From NCBI RefSeq assembly GCF_036321535.1, contig NC_087437.1, positions 112,594,001-112,658,000 on the forward strand: 64,000 nt of DNA, given 5' to 3'. The stretch comes from Camelus dromedarius (Eukaryota). Below the pieces are notes generated by a model. The model was given only the letters and a program-made list of their open reading frames with translations. It did no database searches and was not told the DNA's origin. The number at the start of each line of letters is the position of its first letter. The first letter of the stretch is position 1. Made by a program: the position numbers and the translations under genes. Shown here piece by piece: positions 26,623 to 39,238 of the stretch.

Positions 26623-27070
26623 TGTTAAAGAAAAGAATTATTCTGGCACTTGTTAAAATTGTAAGGAAGACTTTATTCAAGACTACTGAAGTAGAAGAGA
26701 GACACCAGGCTCAACTGAGTACAACGAGGATGGATCAGGGTTTATAGCCAAGGAGCAACGGGGTCAGTGGATGGGAAATTACTCAAGAGGAGACACCAAG
26801 GGTAGGGAGATTCTTGCTGAACCGACCAAACTGGAATCTTGCTAAAGGCAGGCCAAAGACTTGTACATCAAAGTTGGAGATGAGGAACTTGATCAGATAT
26901 CAGATGTGATCAGGTAGCAGGGGTAGGGAGGTTCTCATTAAACTGACTTAGGATTCTTGCTAAAACTGGGCTAGGCAGACTGAGAATGGGGCAGGTCCAA
27001 GGCTGAAGCTAGGCCAGAAGAGGGCTCAGAGGAGCCTGATTAAAGTTTGTCAGGGAGAGCATCTTTGTCA
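26623..27070 (-). mobile_element. ERV1 solo LTR, MER31-like
   Basis: TG...CA termini; 'tgttaaagaaaagaattattc...ggaagactttattcaagactac...gattcttgctaaaactgg...ctttgtca'. Confidence 0.75.
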
Positions 27071-27459
27071 TTATGAGCCTTTTGAGTTAGGTACTATTAT
27101 TACCTGCATTTTACAGATGAAGAATCTAAAGCTTAGAAATAGTCTAAACAACTTACACAAGGTCCACAGCCAGTAAGTACCAGAGCTGGATGCTTGCTGG
27201 ATGCTCTGGAGCTGCAGACTTCAAACTTGTTGATCGTTCTCTGGCTGTGCTGCCTCACCTACTGTGAGAATCAGTAGAAGTTTGCCTTTTTTTCAGAATG
27301 ACTTGTGGTCTTGCTGCTGTCAGTGCTGTTGTAATGCCCATGATTTCCCCTGGAGTAGCATGCTCAGCTTGCAGTGAAGTATGAGGTTTAAAAACCAGCA
27401 GCTTTGTTAGAATTCCACATAGACAGTGTGATTATTCATCTCTCTATATACATTTCTAT

Positions 27460-27460
<1 letters not shown>

Positions 27461-27490
<30 letters not shown>
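27461..27490. repeat. Interrupted (TA)n microsatellite
   Basis: Read directly. Confidence 0.9.
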
Positions 27491-30400
27491 TCAGAATAAC
27501 ATTCTTCAGTCAAATTTCTGGATGTCACCTGTTGAAATATAACCACAGAAGGAAGAAAATATAAAGGTTCAGATATTCTGATCATAAAAGGTAACTTTAA
27601 ACATTAATCCATCTATTTCTGTGCAGAACTCTTCGAGTATGGGTAAGTTATCTTGCAACTTTGTCAATGGGCTGTTTTCTAAATGGTAATGAGTATGACC
27701 ATTTTTGTATGATTTTACTCAACTTTCTAGAAAATAAAAATTTAAAATTAAATAGTTTGTATAGCTGCTGCTTATGTGGACTGTGTCCAAAGGAAGCCAC
27801 CTTTAGTGAAAACAAGGCTCCTTAGATTGAAAGACATTTTGGAGGTGACCCTCCACTGCTGGGTTGCCCTCCTCGCTGCAGCATCTCTTCTATGCTCTCG
27901 TCCCTTTTCCATTCCTCGCCATTCAGAAGTGTTGACTAGTTGTTGGATGCATTTTACACTTTTATATGGTGCTTTGCCCACACCCTTGGTGCTGTTCTCT
28001 AGTCTAGAATGCTGTTCCCTGTGTATCTGTATACAGGTATTAATTTAAATCACACTCCTTGCTAGTTACTCTGCAGAGTAGCTTCTTATTCTCTTGATGG
28101 GGTTGGTAGCTTTTTTCTCCAGGCTTTCACAGTCTGATGGGTTATCTCATTTGATACAATGTATTGAAAGTAGTAACTATGAATTATTGTACAAGTTTTA
28201 GGTGAAGACTATTTCGATTTTTAATTGTTAAAAATTAAGTCATAGTAAACATCTGTGGGCATAGATCTTTGCATTTTGGATTATTTTCTTAGGGCAGATT
28301 CCCAGGAGTTGAATTATTGGTTACGTGGGTAAAGAATATTTTTCCTACTCTTGATTGTCACATTGCTTTCCAGAAGAGCTGTAACAGTTCATCCCCCCAC
28401 CAGCAATGGGCTATGTGTGCTGTACTATTATTAGTATTGGAAATCTGCAATAATAAACTTACTTATTTTGAGATTTTACTTCATTCCTTTGTAGTGAGCT
28501 TTCCAAGCTGGATTGACCTTAATTAAATTGGCTTAAATTTCCAAGTAAAAATTCCCTTTGACGAAAACTTTTTAAGGTCCATTTTAAAGGTTGGGGTGTA
28601 AAGGAAATAAGAAAAGCTTTGTCAGAGAGGGAATAAAAGGATTAGTTTTATAATATCCACATAGATGAATGTTAATCAATGAACTGCATGTTGAATGAAT
28701 TAACTTTTCTTCCCTTCAGTAGCAATAGTTATCTTTTCAAAATCTTTTGAATGTTATTTGGAGTTGTGAAGCTTAATAGCTCTACTGGACTACACAATAT
28801 TGAAATTAAATGCAGTCAACTTTATGTTATGTGCCTGAATTGTAATTCTAGATAAACTGAGTTGTAATTTACATCTTGAGAATAAAATTGGGCTCTACAA
28901 AGTTTTTCATATTATGAGAGTTGAACTATTTTAAAGAAAATATGAAATTGAGAAAGTCTGAGGTTTCCTTCGTTTTAAATTTTATTCCAGATCACAGACA
29001 CTTCCAAGATTCCTTTCTGTACCTTAATGGTATAACCGGATCTACTTAAAGAAATTGAGTGAAATCCTCAATTGAGTAAATGATGACCAGGATTCTTTTC
29101 AGCTTTTCTCCTTTTTCTCAGGCTTAGATATATTTCAGTGTAATTCAGTCAAGTGAAGTGAACTTAAAGATTTGAATCATGTATCTGTTGCCTTCTCAGA
29201 TGCTCTGGTTTTCTGTTGGCTGCAGTCTGTTTAGCGTTTTAGTGATGCTAATGTTATTGAACAGTTTTTTTAGTCCTAAAACTTCCTAGTGGTGATAAAT
29301 CTTGTCCTGCATAGAAGTCCTCTAGGTCAACTAGCAGGGCACAGTTGGTTTTTGTTAATGACTGCATTGTCCTTTACTCTCATTCATGACACTCGGTGAC
29401 TTTTCAGTGACGTTGCAGTAGGGCTTTTCCCTTGGACTTCGCCCGTTCTTTAAATAATCTTCAACTGTAACAGGAGGCAGCCGGCATCTTTGCGTGGATC
29501 AGATTATCAATTGGTAGCTATGTAGATTTCCTTTTTCTCCTGATTGGGCAAACACTTAACAGTCCTTAGCGAAGACTCTAATAAGAGATTAAAACAAATC
29601 TCCCTTGAGGTTTCCACTTGCTGGCTGGCATCAGGAGTTGGTTTAATTGTCATTGCTGCCCATTGTGGCACTACATCTGTGAAGATGTCAGAGATCTCCT
29701 TTTCAAGGCTTACATGTAGCCAATTTAATGTTGAAGAATATATTCAAATGTAGAGCATTTTATCAATACTAGCGCATGGTGGTTTTCTGTACAGCATGCG
29801 TATGTTTCATTTCTTCTTTACTGTAATCTGTAAACTCTGGTTGCAGCTGTTGAACTGCTTTTGCCAAAGCAGGCTTAAAAATCCGGCAGGAAGCCTTCCT
29901 GCTTTCTTGCTCTTTTCAGTGTTGCAGTGCTGTTTTGCACAATCAGTGCTTTCTAGGTAGTTTTTTTACTTCTTTTCTAAAACTGAGGCTTTCTCTAAAA
30001 TTTTGCTCTGCCTAACCATGACCACTGTTCCTGCAGCCAAACTGATAAAATCAGGCTTGGTTGTTCCCTGTGTTTAGAGGTTTATAAGTTAATTGCCTAG
30101 AGATAAAGGTGAGAGTAGTCAGTTAGTACACTGTGTTGACTTAAGACTAAGTGTGACATCATTTCTTGTGCTGTAACATGGAAGTTATTTTAATATTTTC
30201 TTTTAAGTGTGCATTTGCCTTGTAATGTGTTGAAAATTCAATTTTTATTTGGAAGAAAACCTTAAGATCATCTCCTTTTTTTTAGTGACCATATTTATCC
30301 ACATGACACAGAGGACAACATTTTGTTCTCCCATTACCTAGTTCATTACATTTTTTTTCACGTGATAAGTATTAACAATTACTTGTGAAATTTCTATTTT

Positions 30401-33400
30401 GGCCACTTATTTTTATTTAGGAAGGAAGTGAAAAGTGAGTTGATAATAGGTCAAATTTATAGAATTTCATTAATTTTTTTGATGATCTTGAAATTCCTTA
30501 AATTTTTGTTTAAAACAAAAATCTGAAGTGCCCTTCTTCCACTCATTGATTCTTAAAATTATTGTTTGCTGTTTGGTTTGGGGTAATCTGTTTTTTTCCG
30601 GGAATTACTTTTTCAGCTTTCAGTACCTTGTGATAAAATTTTATTCTTAATGACCCTCTTGAAAATGGGACCTTCTGGAAGAAATAAAGTCCCTCAATTA
30701 TTTTATCAAAGTTTTATGAATGGCTATCCTATAGTGCTGTAGAATCTGATTTCTTAAAAAAGTTAGACAAGCTATGGTTAAAAGTAAGACAAGCTTACTT
30801 TTCAGATGTTACTTTGCAGTTAGTTGGTGGTCTAGAGGTGGAAATAAGCTTCAGAGAGGGGCTGGTTAATTTCCATTTCTCTCCTAAAACAGAAATGCCT
30901 TTCTGTCTCTTTGTTTTGCTGTCCCTCATTTTTCAACTTTATAGCTACGTTTTGGTTTTATTGCTCCCTGATAAATTCTCTCTTATTGCAAATATTAAAG
31001 GAAGGGTGATTTAGAAGAACTGGGGTCAAAATCTGCTCCTTGAGCTCTGTAGGCGAATACCCTGGCCTTTCTCTTTGTGGAAAGTGAGCAGGAGTAAATG
31101 GACCAGTCTTTTGAAATGCCAGTGAGTGTTGCCAAGCGATGTGCTGACAGCTGGGCCTGACAGTGATTGCTGGCCACTGGTCATTGCTGACCCTTCCCCT
31201 TCTCACCTCCATCCCCTGCCACCCCTTACTCCCCCAACAACAACAGTCTGGAAGGCTTGCCTGTTCTCTTTTGAGAGGACAACTTGAGTATTCACTACAG
31301 CATTTTAGACAGAACGCTGACAGTGTCTCTTTGAACTTAGTAGTAAGGTTCTCTGTTTTTTTTATTGGATTCCTCACCCTTCATGCAGTTTTAAAATCTT
31401 ATTTGTAAACCAAGCTGCACATCCCTTTCAGGTCACCTTGCTCAACTTCAAACAGTAGCACACGTAGAAGCTACATTTGAGGCCCATGACTCCAGACATG
31501 ACAGTTCGGCATTGATCAGCTTGGCTGTATGTTTGGGATTTGTCAGTTCCTTTGTCCATTTATTGTTTGGCTTTCAGTACCTTTTCTCTGTGTTTCAAAA
31601 GAGCTTTGTGTACATCCAGCCTTTATGTGTAATCTTACAGGGCAACTTTCTGCCTTTTGTTCACCTCCTGCTCATTTTTCACAGGAGTGGGATCTGGTGT
31701 AAGATGTGCTTATAAAGCAGGGGAAACAGGCTCTTTTAGCTGTTTTTCATTTATTGCAGACTTTTTTTTTTTTAAATAAGAGATTTCCTTTGATTTTCCC
31801 TCTTTAAGCTTTTCTAATTTTGAATTTTGGGAGATGTAAAGGCCTCTAAAAGTAAGAGATGTAGAGACAATAGGGTTTTTGTTTTGTTTCCTGTGATTCC
31901 TTTTAATTTTTGTTCTGGAACAGGGGTGAATAGGGGTAGAGCGATGTCTAAAAATCAGACCCCCACAACTCTCAACTATCAGACAATATCATGATATGAG
32001 TGTATTATGTACTTTTATATATTCCTAAGAGTATTTTTATATCTTTTAAGCTCTTAATAATATTTTTTCTTTTTTTGTCCACATTTTAACACTTTTCCTT
32101 TCCTTTCTTTCTCAATGTTTCACTGATGTCAAATTTCCAGAAATTTAAAATTTCTATTCTGTACCTTCCTATCCTCTAGATCCTTTAACCTAAAATTAAA
32201 CCTTTTGAACAATTTTCCAACAAAATTAAAAAATTTTTTTCTTCATAAGAAATTTAAACTTTATTGCCTTAGTACCATGGAAGTGTATTTCAAATAAATT
32301 ATCTTGAATAAGGGGAAAGGACACCGTGAACTGGGTGTAGACAAGAGACCTGTTGAAATCTAAGCTAAAAATGAAGTCTGTTTTAAATATGGGGAAGAAT
32401 AGGTCCCTTGTTTCCTTACCTCTCTGGCCTCTGATACCGTCTAGCTAGCTTGCCTTTCTCTGGTGGCATATTTGCCTGCAATCTAGAACTGTCAGAATGC
32501 TGTAAATTTACGGAGAATAGGAGGCAGAATGTAAGCCTGATACACTTACTATGTTCCGTTTGATATAAGATCCCTTCTCTCCAAGCGTGTCTTCAAATGC
32601 TGAGACCAGGTGTTCTCTGGTTAACAGTCCACCAACATGGTCTGAGCGGCAGAGGGTCCCCAGCACGGCCTGGCTCTCTGCCCCTCTTGTAACCTTTGCT
32701 TGTCTCTAATTGTTGGGGCTCGTTTTCCTTATTTATATAAGAAGATTATAAGATTTTTGTGAGGGACTGGGTATTAATTAAGTAAGAAACAGATGATGTA
32801 TGTTCATAATCTCCTTTTGGTCTTTAGGGCATTAATTCTTAATTAGCCCTGTTTGGTGGTTAGAATTCTGCTAAGTTGGATTGCGTCTAATTGTGAAGTT
32901 TCATTTTTCTGTGAATGAATAGTTTGAACTACCTTATTTCGTCTCGATACTTGTTTTTGTATTTGTCCTTTCCTCTTAATTTTAAAATACATTAGAAAAT
33001 TTTTAGACTTTCAGGAAATTTGACAGAATAGTACTACATAGCCTGTTTTTAAAGAAGTTTTAAATAGTTTGATTATTATAAAGTAAAAATTTTAAATTAT
33101 GCCAATAACTGAGTTAAAAATTTTTTTCCTCATGATTAAATTTTGCCTTTTTAACTGCTAATTTTACTATTATGTGCTAGAAACCAATTATACATGTTTT
33201 GTGTTTTTATTTTTAAAAAAATCATTTAATATTTTCTAATCTCCCTTTATTTGTGATGGCAAAATATATTAAATCAAATAACAAACCTGTTTTAACACAA
33301 TTTTAATCATGCAAAATAACATTGTAATACTGTTTTAAGGGCGACCTACCCATTTTATAAATATACATTTACAGAGATCTACATTAAATACATCAACATT

Positions 33401-34648
33401 GGAGATTTTAATATAAATACTGAAACTAGGAATCAGTATTTTTATAACTTTCTGTAATTAGCTCTCCTTTCTGAAGCTGAAATGAATCAAGGTTAAAGAC
33501 TTTTCTCAAATATATTTTAGCTTTTGGCTGAAAAATCCTAACATTTAACCAACTTTTCAAACTACTGTTTACCTATTTCTGGATTGCTCAATATTTAGTC
33601 TGAATGTTTTTCTGTTTTTTTTTATATGTAAATATGGGACAGTTTGCCCCACTCTAAAAATTAATATAAGTCCTGCAACATGTTTATGAAAGATTTTAAT
33701 AACTTGGGGAAAGTATGTATAATGTAAAGTGTGCAAAAGAAGGAAACAATTGTGTATTTGCAGAGAAAAGACTAACGGGAAATAAAAATACCAAACTGTT
33801 AATACAGAAATGCTGGGCGCGCTTGTCTGCATGGTGGCTGCCTTCACTGTCTATAAGAACAGATCATCCCCCAGAAGCACTTGTTCCAGGGCAGCAGTCC
33901 TGCCTCCCTGCTCCCCAAGCAGTGTGGCCAGGCACCCTAGGGAGAAGAACACCCTTCTCTGTTTACCTCTAGATAGGTTCTCGGGGTTCTGTTTGTTTTC
34001 AGTGTAGGTGACCCACCTTACCCTGCTGAAATCCTATCATATGGGTAGAACTTGTGACTTCAGTCACTTTTTTTTTTTTTTTTCAATTGCTCTGGGCTTT
34101 CTGTTAGATTAAAAAAAAAAATAAGACTTCCACCTTTTACTTGGTAAATGCTTACACTTTACTTTTTTGTGTGAGAAGTAAAAGCTCTTTGAACTTGTCT
34201 GGCAAAATTCTGTTAAACTTATTTCCCCCATTCAGTTTCCTCTGTGCTGCTATGACACTTAAAAAAAAACAGACACATTTGATTTCCCTTTCTTTGTTTT
34301 TTTGGTTTTGTTTTGTTTTCCAAGACTTTTATTGCTTGGGACAGTATCCCCTCACTCCTCACCCTGCAGCTCCACGCTGGTTAGTTTACTAGGCTAACTA
34401 CTTCATGAATGTCCCATTAACTTCTTAATTCTGAAAGTATGAGGTTATATACATTAGCACTGAAACCAGACTGACTCTCTTCTGTCATTTAATATCTGTA
34501 TGTAAACTGAGCTTTAGTTGCACATCTGTAAGATGGGATAGTAATATTGTTTAACCCATAGGGTTATTAATAGTGCTGAATTGGCTAATATGGGTCAGGT
34601 GTAGTAGTAAGCGTTTAATAATGGAGTTTTAGTTAATTATTATTTGTT

Positions 34649-34776
34649 GGGGTTAACAGCATAGCTCAGTGGTAGAGTGCAGTGTTTAGCATGCACAAGG
34701 TCCTGGGTTCAGTCCCTGGTACCTCCATTTAAAAAATGAATAATAACAATAATAAATTAACATAATTACCTCCCCA
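34649..34776 (+). mobile_element. tRNA-derived SINE (Vic-1 type) with TSD
   Basis: 'catagctcagtggtagagtgc...aggtcctgggttcagtccctggtacctcca'; TSD aattattatttgtt (34635-34648) / aattatcatttgtt (34777-34790). Confidence 0.92.
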
Positions 34777-34878
34777 AATTATCATTTGTTACTTACATTT
34801 CTCTCTCTCTCTCCACCCACACACTCATACACAGATTTTTGCAGTGAACTATAATTTATTTTGTTTAATTATAAACTC

Positions 34879-35903
34879 ATTTTAACCCCAGCTTTATTGA
34901 AGTATAATTGACAAATAAAAAGAGTATAGATTTAGGGTATACAACATGATAATTCAGTATATGTATACATTGTGAAATGATTACCACAATCGGGCTAATT
35001 AACACATCCACACTTCACATAGTTACCTTTTTTTTTATGTACATGGTAAGTGCACTTAAAATCTATTCTCTTAGCAGATTTCAAGTTTACAATACAGTAG
35101 TAGTAACTGTGGTCACCATGCTGTACATTAGATCCCCAGAAATTATTCATCTTGTTACTGAAAGTTTGTACCCTTTGACCAAGTCTTCTCATTCCTTACC
35201 CCCAACTCCTGGCAAGCACTGCTCTGCCTTCTGGTTCTGTGAGTTCAATGATTTTAGATTTCACATGTAAGTGAGATCCTTAGTATTGGTCTGTGTTTGA
35301 CTTATTTCACTTAGCAAAATGTCCTCCAGGTTTATCCATGTCACGAATGGCAGAATTTTCTTCTTTTTTTAAGGCTGAATAATATTGCATTGTATATGTA
35401 TCCCACATTTTCTTTATCTGTTTGTCCATCCACAGACAACTTACGTTGTTTCCATGTCTTGACTGTTGTTAATAATGCTGCAGTGAACATGGGAGCTCAT
35501 ATATCTCTTTGAGATACTGATTTCATTTCCTTTGGATATACCCCCAGAAGTGGGACTGCTGGATCATATGGTAGTTCTATTTTAATTTTTTGAGAAACTT
35601 CCATATTATTTTCCATAGGGGCTGCACCAATTTACATTCCCACCAACAGTGCAGAAGGGTTTCCTTTTCTACAGCCTAGCCAGCATTTGTTATCCCATGT
35701 CGTTTTGATAGTAGCCATCCTAACTGGTATGAGGTGATATCTCACTGTGTTTCTGATTTGCATTTCTCTGATCATTAGTGATGCTGAGCGCCATTTCAGT
35801 GTGCTTGTTAGCCATTTGTATGACTTCTTTGGTAACGTATCTGTTTAGGTCCTTTGCCCATTTAAAATTTGTTGTTGTTATTTTGCTATTGAGTCATGTG
35901 AGG
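34879..35903 (-). mobile_element. 5'-truncated L1 (L1MA-like ORF2 end plus 3' UTR) with exact 13-bp TSD
   Basis: 'gctttattgaagtataattgacaaata...cccagaagtgggactgctggatcatatggtagttctatttt'; TSD TAATTATAAACTC at 34866-34878 and 35904-35916. Confidence 0.92.
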
Positions 35904-36012
35904 TAATTATAAACTCCTTAATTTAACATTCTTGTAAAAAAAATTTTTAAAAACACTTTCATAAAAATTCTAGAAATTTGTTTAAAAAAATTTTACAAAA
36001 AAAAGTTTTACA

Positions 36013-37255
36013 AAAATGGAATCATACTGGGTGTGTGTACACACACACACACACACCCCTGACTTCTTTCACTAAGCATAGTAATTTTGACATTCATACA
36101 TGTTATTGCTTATAGCAACAATTGGTTTCTTTTTATTGCTAAGTAGTATTTCCTTGTGTGGATATATCACTGTTTATCCATTCATCAGTTGTTTGGGTTG
36201 CTAGTTTTTGACTCTTAAAAATAAAGCCTACATGAATGTTTGTATAGAAATCTTCCTGTGGACATGACTTTTCATTTCTGTTAGCTAAATATATAGAAGT
36301 AGAGTGAGTCGAATGGTAGCCATATAACTTTTTGATGAAACTGTTTTCCAAAGTGATTATACCACTTTACATTCCCACCAAGAAGTGCCTGAGAGTCCCA
36401 CTGTTCCACATCTTTGCCAGCACAGACGGTGTGGTCAGTCTTTTCCATGTTCTCCATTCTAGTGGAAATACAGTGGCACATCACTTTGGTCTAGTTTCCC
36501 TAGTGTCTAATGATGTTGAGTATCTTTTTATATGTTTATTGGCCATCTTTGTGAGTTATTTTGTGAAGTGTCTCTTTATATCTCTTATCAATTTCCTAAG
36601 TTACTTGTCTTACTATTTTTAAGTTGTAAGTGTTCTTTATATATTCTGAATACAGTTCCTTTGTCTGCTGTATATGTTGCACATATTTTTTTCCCAGTCT
36701 ATGGCTTGCCTTTTTGTTTTTGTTAATGGCATATTTTGAAGAGCTAACATTTCATTTTGGTGAAGCCTAGTTTTGCACTCTCTCTTTTTTTTTTTTTAAA
36801 TAAATTATGCTTTTTTGTGTCCTAAGAAATTGTTTCCTAGCCCGTGGTCGTGAAGATACTCTATCTTTTAGAAATTTTTTAATGTGAAACTATGTTGTTT
36901 TAAATTTGGCCAGTACAAAATTTTGCTCCATTTTTAATGAATTTTTATGTATTTTGTGAAGTAAGGATCAGCGGTTTTTTTGATTATTGTTGTTGTTATT
37001 TTTTCCTTTTCTTTCCACTCCCCCCAACATGGATATCCAGTTGATCTACTTCTGTGTGTTGAAAAGACATTGTTTCCCCAGTGATTTGTCTTTGCCACTT
37101 TACAAAAAATGGATTCACCAAAAATGTGTAAATTTATTTCTGAACTCTTCTGTCCCATTGACCTGGTATGTCTGCCTTTGTGTTAATCCCACATGGTCTC
37201 AGTTATGTTGCTTTATAGTAAATCTTGAAATCAGGTAATAAATCATCCAACTTTC
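36013..37255 (-). mobile_element. Old L1 (L1MB/ME-like) fragment containing a (GT)4(AC)9 repeat
   Basis: 'aaatggaatcatac...ctgttttccaaagtg...tttacattcccac...tatagtaaatcttgaaatcagg'. Confidence 0.8.
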
Positions 37256-38753
37256 CAACTTTGGAAAGGAGTGGTACTTTGAGTTCAGAGGAGGATAACC
37301 TAGTGCCTACAGATAAAGATGAGATCAAACCAGTTTGCCCCAGGCTTCAGAATGCTTGGAGGTTCCTGGCATTCCCAAAGGCACATGCCAGTTTTCCAAC
37401 TGAAAATGGAAATTCTTTAAAAGTCTGTTTCCAGATCTTTTGAACCATTCTTTCCTGCACCCCCAGCAGATGGGTGACTACTTCAGTCCCCGTCTTCCTG
37501 GAGAGATAGAAAGAGCACTAGACCAGAGATGCTCCAGACTAGAGGGGTGAAAATAAAGGGATTATATCCAAGTCCACCCACTGAAGTGTAGGCCCCTCAT
37601 CTCCTTCGCCTTTCTCCACTCCTCCCCAGAAGCCAGCTGAACCACCACATCTAGTTGAATAGCTTCAATAAAAAAACAAAAAAAACCTCTACATACTAAC
37701 CTTAGGGGGTCTTCCAGTGAAAAAGGACTGGATATATTTGATCATCATATGAATAAGCTCATCCGTCAACAAATCTGCCATCCACTCCCAGCTTCTGAGC
37801 ATCTTTTAGTGCCTCATTGTTAAATATGAAGGTGCACCCAATGATCACCAGATAATAAGAGGAAAACCTCAAAAGTGAAAGAATGATCCAAAACAACTTA
37901 CAAGCCAACAAACAAAAAAGGAATCAAATGATGCAAGAAACAGAAGTAAACTAAGAGTAAAATAAATAAAAAAAAAAGCAGAAGAGTAAAAGAAGTTGTA
38001 TCCATTTTAAAAAGGGAGGAGAGGGGAAGAACACTAGGAATAAATAGTTGAGAATAAGAAGGAGCTTTTGGAAATTTAAAATTTTGTGGACAGACGAAAT
38101 TGAGGAGTATTAGGGCAAGGGACTGTCATTTTTTAGTTCTAAATTTATCTAATTTTTTTCTGTGACTATTATTCATTTCTAACTGTGTACATTTATCATG
38201 TTGATAAATTAAGCATAAGGAAAGATATTAAGTTTGAATTTTTTAGTTGAGGAAGAGGACTGGCTTGGTTTCACACTGACTGTTCATGAACAAATAATGC
38301 CTGATGAGGATCTTTGAGCCGGGTTTGGGTTTGGTGTGCTGGGCAGGCACTAGTACAGTGTGCATTGTTTACGGCCTTTCTCTAAATCTTTAAGCAGCGA
38401 TCGCAGACGATGTTTTTCATGAGTGCAACACAGGCTACGTGGAATTTGTTGCCCCTGCTCAAATCGAGCTTGGTCACCGGATGTGTGGTATTGCTCTAAC
38501 CACTTCAGCTCTCCGATCTCATTTTGTTTGTGTGTAATTTAGGGATGGTAATATAGTACCTATGTCATAGGGGTGCGATTTGACGGAAAGAGGTAAGAAC
38601 TATAAATCACCTAGTACAGTGCACAGCATGTACTACGTGCTCATTAAAAAGAGCAGATTGATTTCTTGAATATGTGTAAGCACGTTTGACTGTCCTTTAT
38701 GATTGGATTACTGCATTCTGTTGATTCTTAAAAAAAAAGAAAGAGCAGTTGTT

Positions 38754-38880
38754 GGGAGGAGGGTATAGCTCAGTGATAGAGCACATGCTTAGCATGCGCG
38801 AGGTCTTAGGTTCACTCCCTAGTACCTCCATTAAAAAAAACACAAAGAACCAAAACTCAAAAAAAAGTATATTAAAAAAA
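38754..38880 (+). mobile_element. tRNA-derived SINE (Vic-1 type)
   Basis: 'gggaggagggtatagctcagtgatagagcacatgcttagcatgcgcgaggtcttaggttc'; flanks agcagttgtt / agctgttgtt. Confidence 0.92.
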
Positions 38881-39178
38881 AAAAAGCTGTTGTTATAACT
38901 GTCACGTAGATGGACTAGGCTGCCCTGCGCTGTTATCAGTTACCAGACTGAAAGCTTCTTGTTGCGAAAGAGTCTTTCATCTACGTTCTGCAGTGCCCAT
39001 CACTGCACCTGGCCCTGAGAAACTGTGCAGCCAAGGAATGAATGAATGAACCCTTAGTTGTAACTTTCATTCTCAGTGCTATACCCTAGCTCAGGTATCA
39101 GTCTTCAGTCATTAGTGGATTTATAAGTATCTAAGAATGAGGTTTTCATAAACTTAAAATATTGCGTTTCAATTACAG

Positions 39179-39210
39179 GCGTCGATTAGCAAGGTGAAAG
39201 TAACAGAACC
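39179..39210 (+). other. ITSN1: 5' UTR part of first coding exon (exon 2)
   Basis: Acceptor tttcaattacAG at 39177-39178, then 32 nt ending in a Kozak-like gaaccATGG. Confidence 0.88.
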
Positions 39211-39238
39211 ATGGCTCAGTTTCCAACACCTTTTGGTG
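39211..39238 (+). CDS. ITSN1: Intersectin-1 coding exon 2 (MAQFPTPFG-G), 28 nt
   Basis: ATG GCT CAG TTT CCA ACA CCT TTT GGT G followed by donor GTAAGT at 39239; matches the known ITSN1 N-terminus. Confidence 0.97.

Noticed and set aside
1..39178. ITSN1 first exon / CpG-island promoter
   Set aside because: No CpG island is visible; it most likely lies upstream of the window.
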